From contig OY969603.1 in the NCBI GenBank assembly GCA_963701315.1, forward strand, positions 2,154,454-2,218,453: a stretch of 64,000 bases of DNA. The letters are read 5' to 3'. The stretch comes from an uncultured Acidobacteriota bacterium. Its GTDB lineage: Bacteria; Acidobacteriota; Vicinamibacteria; Vicinamibacterales; Fen-181. Positions within the stretch are counted from its first letter, which is position 1. Each line of letters starts with the position of its first letter. A model generated the notes under the pieces. It was not told the DNA's origin. It was given only the letters and a program-made list of their open reading frames with translations, and did no database searches. The position numbers and the translations under genes are program-made. Positions 56,637-64,000 of this stretch are shown here, one piece after another.

Positions 56637-57851
56637 ATGAAGACGATGCTCACCGAGAAGCGGATCGGGCAGCTCAGACCTCGCGCCGGCAGCTTCGATG
56701 TGTACGACCTCGGGCAGCCCGGCCTCGTGGTCCGGGTGCGCCCCTCGGGCGTCAGGTCCTACCTCGCAGCCCTCGGGCGCGGCCGGTGGCTCACGCTCGG
56801 CCGTCCCGAGAAGCTGCCGCTCGACGACGCGCGCAAGGTGTGCCGCGCGAAGCTCGTCGCGCAGGAAAAGGGCGCCGACCCTATCGCCGAGCGGCGAGCC
56901 GGGCGCGGGCTGACGTTCGCGCAGTTCCTCACCGAGCGGTACCGCCCGTGGGCGGTCGCAAACCGCAAGACGGGACAGGGCGCGGTCGACCGGCTCACCA
57001 CGCACTTCGGGCCGCTGTTCGGCGCGAAGCCGCTCGGCGAGATCACCAGCTTCGCGGTCGAGCGGTGGCGGTCGGGCCGACTGAAGGGCGAGCACGCCGT
57101 CACCGCCGGCACCGTCAACCGCGACCTCGCCGAATTCAAGGCCGCGCTATCGAAGGCGGTTGAGTGGGGACTGCTCTCCGAGCACCCGCTGCGCCGCGTC
57201 AAGCTGGCGCGGACCGACCGGAACGCGCGTGTCCGGTTCCTGACGAACGAGGAGGAAGCTCGGTTGCGCGCAGTCCTCGCCGCTCGCGACGAGAAGTACC
57301 GCACCGAACGTGCTCACGCGAACGCATGGCGCCGCGAGCGCCACTACCCGGAGCTGCCGACCTTCGGCACCTACACCGACCACCTGACGCCGATGGTCCT
57401 GCTCGCCCTAAACACCGGATGCCGGCGCGGTGAGTTGTTCGGCCTGCGGTGGGGCGACGTGGACCTCGTGCACGGCAACCTGACGGTGCGCGGCGAGGGC
57501 GCCAAGTCCGGGCGCACCCGGCACGTGCCGTTGAACGCCGAGGCGGTCGACGCGCTGAAGGCGTGGCAACCGGAGCAGCCCGAGGCCGACGGCCTCGTGT
57601 TCCCCGGCGACGACGGCGCGAAGCTGACCACGTTGAAGACCGCCTGGCTCGCCGTGGCCAAGGCCGCGAAGCTCGCCGACTTCAGGTTTCACGATCTCCG
57701 CCACAGCTTCGCGTCGCACCTCGTTCAGCGCGGCGTGAGTCTCGCGGTGGTCCGCGAACTACTCGGCCACTCCGACTTCGCGTTGACGCTCCGGTACGCC
57801 CACTTGGCCGCCGCCGACAAGGCGGCGGCGGTCGCGACGCTGGCGAGGTGA
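56637..57851 (+). CDS. int: tyrosine integrase, P4-like (N-terminal arm-binding DUF4102-type domain)
   Basis: GGAG lies upstream of the ATG. LTEKRIGQLRP...GLVVRVRPSGVRSY (arm-binding-type N-terminus), LNTGCRRGELFGLRW and HDLRHSFASHLVQRGVSLAVVRELLGHSDFALTLRYAH (R..HxxR..Y). Confidence 0.9.
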   Translation: MKTMLTEKRIGQLRPRAGSFDVYDLGQPGLVVRVRPSGVRSYLAALGRGRWLTLGRPEKLPLDDARKVCRAKLVAQEKGADPIAERRAGRGLTFAQFLTERYRPWAVANRKTGQGAVDRLTTHFGPLFGAKPLGEITSFAVERWRSGRLKGEHAVTAGTVNRDLAEFKAALSKAVEWGLLSEHPLRRVKLARTDRNARVRFLTNEEEARLRAVLAARDEKYRTERAHANAWRRERHYPELPTFGTYTDHLTPMVLLALNTGCRRGELFGLRWGDVDLVHGNLTVRGEGAKSGRTRHVPLNAEAVDALKAWQPEQPEADGLVFPGDDGAKLTTLKTAWLAVAKAAKLADFRFHDLRHSFASHLVQRGVSLAVVRELLGHSDFALTLRYAHLAAADKAAAVATLAR

Positions 57852-57855
57852 GGCT

Positions 57856-58422
57856 ATGACGAAAGCACTCCCATGGTGGGCGAAACCCGGAACCAACCCT
57901 GACGTGCTGCGCCGGTCAATTGCCGACGCGAAGCGCAAACGGCTGGCCGCCCAGCGCGCGGCGGTCGAGGCGGGCAACCTCGCGGGCCTGGTCGACGCGC
58001 TCGCCGAGGCCCAGCCGGCGACGCGGGGGCGCGCGTCGGGCACCGGTGACGAACTCCTCGTGCTGCCGCGCTGGGCCGTTGAGGCGGCCGGCAAGGCGGT
58101 CCTCGACGTGCTCAACGGGCATCGCCCCGGCGCCGGCCGAGGCCGTACCGCGAACGCCAGCGCGCGGTACGTGCAAGACCAGATCGACCTCGTGCGCTAC
58201 CTTGAGGTCGAGACGTGGCGGCGCATCGGCCGGACGAAAGAGCGAGCGATGGCCGAAGCGGCCCGGAGTCTTGAGGCTCTCGGGCTGGGCGCCAGCCCGG
58301 ACACGATCCGAAGCGGCCACAAGCGCGTCGCGCGGCGGCTGCGAACCGAGGGCGGGCGCTTCTACGCCGTGCGGTCCGCGACAGTCGACGCCTTGCTCGC
58401 CCCCGTGTCGCGGGTGAAATAA
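57856..58422 (+). CDS. hypothetical protein of the integrated element
   Basis: 188 aa ORF that starts 4 nt after the int stop. The composition looks protein-like. No motif recognised. Confidence 0.5.
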   Translation: MTKALPWWAKPGTNPDVLRRSIADAKRKRLAAQRAAVEAGNLAGLVDALAEAQPATRGRASGTGDELLVLPRWAVEAAGKAVLDVLNGHRPGAGRGRTANASARYVQDQIDLVRYLEVETWRRIGRTKERAMAEAARSLEALGLGASPDTIRSGHKRVARRLRTEGGRFYAVRSATVDALLAPVSRVK

Positions 58423-58474
58423 CCGGCGACTTGTTCACCTCGACGCAGTGCTCACCGAGCCCTATCGTGGGGGC

Positions 58475-58693
58475 ATGAGCACTGCAGCAGCCGCATCAAG
58501 CCCCACCATCGGCCTGGCGCCGTCACCGTTGCTGGACGAGCGCGACGCGGCCCGCCTCCTCGCCTTTTCGGTTTTCGCCCTGCGACGCTGGCGCGTCGAC
58601 GGGCGCGGCCCGCACTTCGTGCAGGTCGGCCGCAACATCAGGTATCGCCTCGACGACCTCGTGTCGTGGACCGACGCCCGCGTGCGCCGGTAG
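58475..58693 (+). CDS. excisionase/AlpA-like helix-turn-helix DNA-binding protein
   Basis: LLDERDAARLLAFSVFALRRWRVDGRGPHFVQVGRNIRYRLDDLVSW, the typical HTH_17/excisionase pattern. Confidence 0.65.
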   Translation: MSTAAAASSPTIGLAPSPLLDERDAARLLAFSVFALRRWRVDGRGPHFVQVGRNIRYRLDDLVSWTDARVRR

Positions 58694-58762
58694 GCCGGTA
58701 GAACTGTACGCAGCGACGCCCGGCTCGGGGGCAACCGGCCGGGCGTCGGGACGACCAGAGCG

Positions 58763-59797
58763 ATGCGAGACCCAACCAGCTTACCACCGTCGCCGCCCGC
58801 CGACGCCCTCGTCGACTGGGGGCCGCGCCCGGTCGAGCGCCAGTCCGCCGAAGAACGCATGGTCGCGCGCTTGTACGACGACGTGGGCGTGCTGCGGTGT
58901 CCGCCCCTGCGCGCCCTCGTGCGCGGCTGGTTGCCCGCGAGCAGCCTAAGTGCCGTCGTCGGCCCGCCGGGGTGCGGCAAGAGTCTACTGCTCATCGGGG
59001 GCGGCGTCGCCGTCGCCAGTGGACAGCCGTGGCTGGGCCGGACCGTCGACCAACCGGGCACCGTGATCTACGTCGCGCAGGAAGGCGAGGCCGGTGTGCC
59101 CGCCCGCGTTCGGGCCGCGAAGGTCGATCTTGGCCTCGACCTCGCGAGCGTCATCGGGTTCTACACACTCGCCGCGCCGGTCAACCTGCTCGACCCGGCG
59201 TCGGTCGCGACGTTTCTCGCCATCATCGACGGCCTGCACCCGGTCTGGATCATTGTCGACACGCTCGCCCGCGCGATGACGGGCGGCGACGAGAATTCCG
59301 CCCGCGACCTCGGCCTGGTCGTTGCCCACTGCGATCACATTCGCGCCCGCACGCGCGCCGCCATCACGCTCGTACACCACCTGAACGCAGCCGAAACGCG
59401 CGAGCGCGGCAGCAGCGCCCTTAGGGGCGCCGCCGACGCCCTGCTCGCCGTCACGAAGACCGACGACTTGCTTGAGCTGAGCTGCCTGAAAATGAAGGAC
59501 GCGCCGCCCTTCGCCCCGGTCCGGCTCACACTCACGCCGGTCGCAGGCACCGACGGCGCGACCGTCGCGCTGGCGGACGAAGCGCCAGCCGCAGGCGAGT
59601 TGACGCCGGCCCAAGCCCGCGCCTTCCGCATCCTTACCACCAGCTTCGGCGCCGACGGCGCGAGCCGCGCCGAATGGCTTGCCGCCGCGCCCGGGCTCGC
59701 GCCCGCGACATTCTATCGCTGCGTCCATGCGCTCGCGGAGCGACACCTCGTGACTCGGACTGGCACGCGCTACCGGCCCGCCGGAGGCCCCCGATGA
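58763..59797 (+). CDS. RepA/RecA-like AAA_25 ATPase with C-terminal winged-helix (replication initiator/helicase-loader candidate)
   Basis: Walker A VVGPPGCGKSLL, VIYVAQEGE, Walker B-like WIIVDTLAR, TLVHHLN and a C-terminal LTPAQARAFRIL...FYRCVHALAERHLV. Confidence 0.75.
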   Translation: MRDPTSLPPSPPADALVDWGPRPVERQSAEERMVARLYDDVGVLRCPPLRALVRGWLPASSLSAVVGPPGCGKSLLLIGGGVAVASGQPWLGRTVDQPGTVIYVAQEGEAGVPARVRAAKVDLGLDLASVIGFYTLAAPVNLLDPASVATFLAIIDGLHPVWIIVDTLARAMTGGDENSARDLGLVVAHCDHIRARTRAAITLVHHLNAAETRERGSSALRGAADALLAVTKTDDLLELSCLKMKDAPPFAPVRLTLTPVAGTDGATVALADEAPAAGELTPAQARAFRILTTSFGADGASRAEWLAAAPGLAPATFYRCVHALAERHLVTRTGTRYRPAGGPR

Positions 59798-59803
59798 GCC
59801 GAA

Positions 59804-60000
59804 TTCTCATTTCTCACTCCGCTACCCCGTTTTCTCACGCGTTTCTCATGGGCATTCTCATCGTCTCTCACGCGTTTCTCACAATGTTCTCGGGCATTTC
59901 TCATCGCCTCTCACGTCGTTTCTCATTCGTTCTCACGCTGCTGGACACTCGTAAGAGTGTCCAGCGTGAGAAAGAGACGAGAGAGAACCGAGAGACGAAC
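59804..60000 (+). repeat. iteron-like array (11 exact TCTCA cores plus 1 variant, about 10.9-bp phasing) followed by a long hairpin and a purine-rich mirror arm; candidate replication origin
   Basis: TCTCA starts at 59805, 59812, 59833, 59844, 59856, 59866, 59877, (59888 variant), 59899, 59909, 59921 and 59931. The hairpin is CTGGACACTC-GTAA-GAGTGTCCAG at 59941-59964, extendable with TTCTCACG/CGTGAGAA. The region is locally AT-richer. Confidence 0.85.
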
Positions 60001-60374
60001 GGACAACACGAGGGGCACGTTAGGCACACGTCGACCTGGCTTCGCCCGCGCTGGCAGACGGCGGGAACGTCGACGAGACGGACGTCAACGCTGTCAGGAT
60101 GCGGAGGTCGTCTGTTCAGGCCCGTCACGTTAGGTGCAGTCTCGTCAGTGTTTACGGACGCGTACTCGCACGCTCACCGCCTCGTCGTGGCCGGGTGTCC
60201 AAGCCGGTGGTGCACTGGTGGTGCGGCAAGCGCGCCGCCCGACTCCGAGCACGCGCCGGCAGGCGGGCTCACTCAGGCGGAGCTGCGCCGCTTCGTCTGT
60301 GTGCCGACCGACGAGGCCGAGCAGGTGCTCCGGCACCGAGGACGGCACGGAAGCAAGTAACGGAGGGACCAAGT

Positions 60375-60656
60375 ATGGCCATTCAGTGGCGCGCGTTGCA
60401 ATTCAGCCGGGCCGACCAGACGTTCGCGGCGGCCGGCGACTCGCTCGACTTTGGCTTCATCGCCAGCAAGATCATCATCGCCAATGGGAGCAGCAAGAGC
60501 ACGTACTGGACGTGGACGACCACGGTCGCGTCGACGAGCGGCTACGAGGTGCGCACATCCGAGACGCTTGTCCTCGACCAAATGCGGACGCAGTGCTGCG
60601 CGTTTTGCGCGACGTCGAGCGGCGCCGGCCTGCGCCTGGCTGCATGGGGAGGCTAG
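60375..60656 (+). CDS. hypothetical small protein (93 aa)
   Basis: GGAGGGA lies 6 nt upstream of the ATG. MAIQWRALQFSRADQTFAAAGDSLDFGFIASKIIIANGSSKSTYWTWTT... is not R/P/G-biased. Confidence 0.4.
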   Translation: MAIQWRALQFSRADQTFAAAGDSLDFGFIASKIIIANGSSKSTYWTWTTTVASTSGYEVRTSETLVLDQMRTQCCAFCATSSGAGLRLAAWGG

Positions 60657-60659
60657 GCC

Positions 60660-61172
60660 GTGGGCGAAACACCTACGACGTGCCGATGTGGCGCCCTGGC
60701 GCATCCGGCGCGGCCGGGAAGGTGCACGAAGGGGCACGGCTGGCCCGGCGGCGACCTTGGGGCGGCGACCCGCTGGCGGCCAGGGAACGAGGCGGCGTTC
60801 GTGCATGGCGCGCGGGCTGAGGTGTCGCGCGAGGCCCGGCTCGCCGAGGTCGAGGCGCAGCTTACCGAGCAGGCGGCGGCGATCCTGCGGGCGCGGCCCG
60901 GCGTGACCGACCCCGTGCTGCCGATGCTGGCGCGCCGGTTCGTGGTCGCGGTCCAGGTGCTCGACGGGTTCGAACGTGAGCTGGTCGCGGCCGGCGTGGT
61001 GACGGCGACGCGGAGGGCGCGCCGCCTGGTGCCGCACTACCAGGCGCAGTTGACGGTGGTGCTGCGGCTTGCCGGCGTGCTGCTCGACGGCAGGGCCGAG
61101 GACGGCCCGCCGGCCGACGCGCTGGCGCACGTGCGGGCGGCCGTGGAGGCGGCCAACCGTGACGCCTCGTGA
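60660..61172 (+). CDS. candidate small terminase subunit (assigned by position only)
   Basis: 170 aa. It lies immediately upstream of the large terminase gene and overlaps it by 14 nt. No motif recognised. Confidence 0.3.
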   Translation: MGETPTTCRCGALAHPARPGRCTKGHGWPGGDLGAATRWRPGNEAAFVHGARAEVSREARLAEVEAQLTEQAAAILRARPGVTDPVLPMLARRFVVAVQVLDGFERELVAAGVVTATRRARRLVPHYQAQLTVVLRLAGVLLDGRAEDGPPADALAHVRAAVEAANRDAS

Positions 61173-62871
61173 ATTTCGCCGCTTGTTCCGCGAGTTCGAC
61201 GCGCCCTCGTGGCAGCCGTGGGCCAGCGTCGAGGACAGCGTGTTCGGTGAGCGACCCGACGACGTGGCGCTCGTGCGCCGCCTTGCGGGCGGGCGGCCGC
61301 TGCCGACGCGGCCAGTGCGCGAGTTCTGGGCGATCTGCGGGCGCGGATCGGGCAAGAGCCGAACTGCGGCGCGGCTCGCCGTCTACATGGCGACGGGCCG
61401 GGCGTGGGCGCGGGCGCCGGGGGAGCAGATCCACGTCCACGTCATCGGCCCAGACAAGCGGCAGGCGGCGATCACGCTGGGCTACGTCAAAGGGTTGTTC
61501 CTGAGCGTCCCGGCGCTGGCGCGCCTGATCGTGCGCGAGGTGCGCGACGGGCTGGAGCTGTCGAACGGCGTGGTCATCGAGGTCGGCACGGCGGACCCGG
61601 CGACGGAACGCGGGTTTGCGTTTGGCGTGGTCATCATCGAGGAGGCCGCGCAGCTCCCGCAGGACACGAGCGCGACCCCGGACAGCGAACTGGTACGCGC
61701 GGTGCGGCCCGGTCTCGCGCGGGTGCCCGGCAGCTTGCTGTGTGTCATCGGCTCACCGTACGCGCAGCGGGGCGAGCTGTGGCGGACGTGGCGCGAGAAG
61801 TTCGGCACCGACGACCCGGACGTGCTGGTCGTCCAAGGGCCGACGCTGGTGCTCAACCCGGCGTTCGACGCCCGTGAGGTCGAGCGGGCGCAGCGCGACG
61901 ATCCCGTGTCGGCGCAGTGCGAGTACGGGGCGCAGTTCCTCAGCGGGGTCGGGTCGCTGTTTGATGACGCCGCCCTCGCGGCGTGCGTAGTCGGGGGCGT
62001 GCGTGAGCGGGCGCCGGGGGCGAGCGCCGGGGTGCGGACTGGGCACGTCGACGCGTCGACCGGGAGCGGCGAGGACGCGTGGGCGGCGGCCGTCGCGGAG
62101 ACGCGGGGCGAGGGCGCGGCGCTGCTGGCGGTGCGAACGTGGCGCCCGCCCTTCAACCCGTCGGTGGTCGCCGGCGAGTGCGCGGAGTTCTTCCGCAGCT
62201 ACCACGTGGTCGAGGTGACGCGCGACCAGTTCGCGGGCGGGCTGGTTGATGACCTGATGCGGCGTCACGGCGTCGACGTGCGCCCGGCCGCGATGGACAC
62301 GTCAAGTGCGTACCTCCAGCTCGTCGCGGCGGTGAATTGCGGGCGCGTCGAGCTGCTCGACCACCCGGCCCTGCTGCGGGAGCTGCGCGGGCTGGAGCGG
62401 CGTCGCGGTGCGGCGGGCAAGGATCGCGTGACGCACCCGCTGCGCGGACACGACGACCTCGCGGCGGCGTCCGCGTTCGCGCTGGTCGGGGCGCTGGCCG
62501 AGGCCGAGGTCGACGAAGACCTGCTGCTGTTTACGCCTCGACGCCTGGCGCGCCTTGCCGAGCAGCAGCGGGCCGAGCGGGAGGCGGCGGTGCAGCGGCC
62601 CGAGGCGCCGGCCGAGGAACCGGAGACAGCCGGCGCCCTCTTGGGCGTCGACGGTGCGGAGGACAGCATGAACGGCCCATTGGGACGAATTCGGGCAGCG
62701 GCGTTGGCGGGTTGGCGGGCGCTGCGCAGTGGGGAGCCGGACCCGAGCCAGGTGCCGGCCGAGCCTCGGGCCAACGAACCGGCCGAGCCCGATGCGGCGC
62801 GGCTGCGCCGGATCGGCGCGACTTTCGAGAGCCAGGTGCGCCGCACCGGGTCGTACTTTCCGGGGGACTGA
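61159..62871 (+). CDS. terL: phage terminase large subunit
   Basis: Walker A ICGRGSGKSR, Walker B VVIIEEAAQL. RNaseH-like nuclease half with HVDASTGSGEDAWA and RGHDDLAAASAFAL. Confidence 0.85.
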   Translation: MTPREFRRLFREFDAPSWQPWASVEDSVFGERPDDVALVRRLAGGRPLPTRPVREFWAICGRGSGKSRTAARLAVYMATGRAWARAPGEQIHVHVIGPDKRQAAITLGYVKGLFLSVPALARLIVREVRDGLELSNGVVIEVGTADPATERGFAFGVVIIEEAAQLPQDTSATPDSELVRAVRPGLARVPGSLLCVIGSPYAQRGELWRTWREKFGTDDPDVLVVQGPTLVLNPAFDAREVERAQRDDPVSAQCEYGAQFLSGVGSLFDDAALAACVVGGVRERAPGASAGVRTGHVDASTGSGEDAWAAAVAETRGEGAALLAVRTWRPPFNPSVVAGECAEFFRSYHVVEVTRDQFAGGLVDDLMRRHGVDVRPAAMDTSSAYLQLVAAVNCGRVELLDHPALLRELRGLERRRGAAGKDRVTHPLRGHDDLAAASAFALVGALAEAEVDEDLLLFTPRRLARLAEQQRAEREAAVQRPEAPAEEPETAGALLGVDGAEDSMNGPLGRIRAAALAGWRALRSGEPDPSQVPAEPRANEPAEPDAARLRRIGATFESQVRRTGSYFPGD

Positions 62872-62972
62872 CGGAGGCGACAGTATGAGCAGCAAGCGAC
62901 CGCGCCCGAAACCGAAGCGGCCGAGGCCGCCGGTGCGGTTCATCGACAGGATCATCATGAAGGGGGCACCTC

Positions 62973-64000
62973 ATGCCTGACCTTATTCGCAAGCAACTGC
63001 CGACGACGATCACACCGGTCGGCGACCATCAGGTCCAGCTCGTCGTGTCGACCGGCGCCATCGACAGAGACGGCGACACCATCGATCCGAACGGGTGGCA
63101 CCTCGACGCGTTCCGCAAGAACCCGGTCGTGCTCTGGGCGCACGACTACTCGTCGCTGCCGGTGGCGAAATGTGTGGATATTCAGGTGCGGGCCGGGCAG
63201 CTCGGTGCGGTGGCAGAGTTCCCGACGGCGGAGTTGTACCCATTTGGCGATCAGGTGTACAAGCACATCCACGCCGGCTTCCTGACCGGCTTCTCGGTTG
63301 GCTTTCGGCCCCTGGTCCCGCCCACTGACAACGGCGCGGGTGGGCAGCACTTCTCGGAGCAGGAACTGCTCGAATTCTCCGCCGTACCGGTTCCGGCAAA
63401 TGCGGACTCGCTGGTCGTAAGCCGGGCTCTGCGGCCGACTGATGCCGGGGCGGTGTGGAAGTGGCTCGGCCTCGCGGTCGACGAGCCGATCATCGAGATC
63501 CTTGACGACGAGCCGGTCATCGAGATCATCGACGAGCCGTACCTCGACGCCCGACACCGCGCCTTACACCGGCGCGCTCGGTTACTGGCCAAGGGCGTCT
63601 CGCCGCCCGACGTATCGACGACTATCGAGACGGACCTCTCGACGCGCTGGTCGGCCCCGAGCCTGGGCGACTTCACCACGAGCGTGTGGGAGGACCTGTC
63701 CGAGGCGGACCAGCGCCGCGTCGCTGGGCACTATGCCTGGTCGGCGGCGCTGCCGCCCGACAAGTTTGCGGACCTGAAATTGCCGCACCACAGCCCGAAG
63801 ACGCACAAGGTGATCTGGAACGGGCTGACGAACTGCGCGGCGCGGCTCAACCAGACCGACCTGCCGGCGGCCGACGTGGCCAAGATCAAGGCCCACCTGC
63901 GCCGGCACTACAAGGCCTTCGGGAAGGACATCCCCGACGTGCTCGGCGCGGCGTTCGATCCGGTGGCGCGGTCCGGGCGCGTGTTGAGCGAACGGAACGC
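62973..64000 (+). CDS. HK97-family prohead protease (S78-like) with long C-terminal extension; 3' end beyond the window
   Basis: My own translation of an open frame running to the window edge: GAIDRDGDTIDPNGWHLDAFRKNPVVLWAHDYSSLPVAKC...GFLTGFSVGF...EFSAVPVPAN, then an acidic repeat and LKLPHH...AKIKAHLRRHYKAFGK. Confidence 0.75.
   Translation, partial: MPDLIRKQLPTTITPVGDHQVQLVVSTGAIDRDGDTIDPNGWHLDAFRKNPVVLWAHDYSSLPVAKCVDIQVRAGQLGAVAEFPTAELYPFGDQVYKHIHAGFLTGFSVGFRPLVPPTDNGAGGQHFSEQELLEFSAVPVPANADSLVVSRALRPTDAGAVWKWLGLAVDEPIIEILDDEPVIEIIDEPYLDARHRALHRRARLLAKGVSPPDVSTTIETDLSTRWSAPSLGDFTTSVWEDLSEADQRRVAGHYAWSAALPPDKFADLKLPHHSPKTHKVIWNGLTNCAARLNQTDLPAADVAKIKAHLRRHYKAFGKDIPDVLGAAFDPVARSGRVLSERN

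Larger units (their letters stand above)
56426..64000 (+). mobile_element. integrated phage-like element (prophage or capsid-encoding satellite), left end at the tRNA-Lys fragment, right end outside the window
   Basis: Gene order is att-like tRNA fragment, arm-like repeats, int, xis-like HTH, rep ATPase, iterons, terS?/terL and prohead protease. All are co-directional. There are low-GC patches at 56340-56600 and 59800-60000. Confidence 0.75.

Noticed and set aside
59804-59936. CRISPR-like array?
   Set aside because: The repeat unit is only 5-10 bp with a period of about 11 bp, so there is no room for spacers. The 11-bp TGCACCACCAG tandem at 56591-56623 likewise has no spacers. No CRISPR array is present in the window.
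59674-60360. 228-aa ORF across the TCTCA array
   Set aside because: Its translation (SHSATPFSHAFLMGILIVSHAFL...) merely mirrors the DNA repeat. It has no RBS, and the region is better explained as a non-coding iteron and hairpin structure.
62885-62980. 31-codon ORF MSSKRPRPKPKRPRPPVRFIDRIIMKGAPHA between terL and the protease
   Set aside because: It is very short, low-complexity and basic, and it overlaps the protease start. It might be real, but the sequence alone does not support it.

Overview
GC-rich chromosomal segment, roughly two-thirds G+C by eye (not computed). It is most plausibly from an Acidobacteriota-like genome. This is an inference from three gene families: an ADOP-type duplicated FtsX permease, a VWFA-related acidobacterial-domain protein, and TonB-dependent receptors with CarboxypepD_reg-type N-termini. 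Positions 1-56.4 kb hold housekeeping and envelope genes. These include mnmA, trxB-trxA, glgA, a pseudouridine synthase, two TonB receptors, a hemE-hemH-hemY cluster, arginase, an ECF sigma/anti-sigma/LTXXQ envelope-stress operon, an LDH-like dehydrogenase and several hydrolases. Four paralogous membrane-anchored proteins fuse an alkaline-phosphatase-superfamily head to a TPR tail, and three of them lie in tandem. Small accessory patches carry an orphan DNA methyltransferase next to a TonB-receptor remnant, VapBC, HicBA, DinB and a glycosyltransferase remnant. From about 56.4 kb to the window edge lies an integrated element. In order it has a 3' half of tRNA-Lys(UUU) (candidate att), an 11-bp repeat cluster, a P4-type integrase, an excisionase-like HTH, a RepA/AAA_25-like ATPase, a helically phased TCTCA iteron array with a long hairpin (candidate ori), small and large terminase genes, and a prohead protease (truncated). 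This is the most novel-looking structure I can support. A window-wide peculiarity is that about 12 otherwise well-conserved genes are broken by single-base frame shifts. Eleven are +1 insertions, and six of those create the pentamer ATTCT where ATCT (mostly GATCT) would restore the frame. That pattern suggests a systematic sequence artefact rather than real pseudogenes. No rRNA, intact tRNA or CRISPR array was seen.
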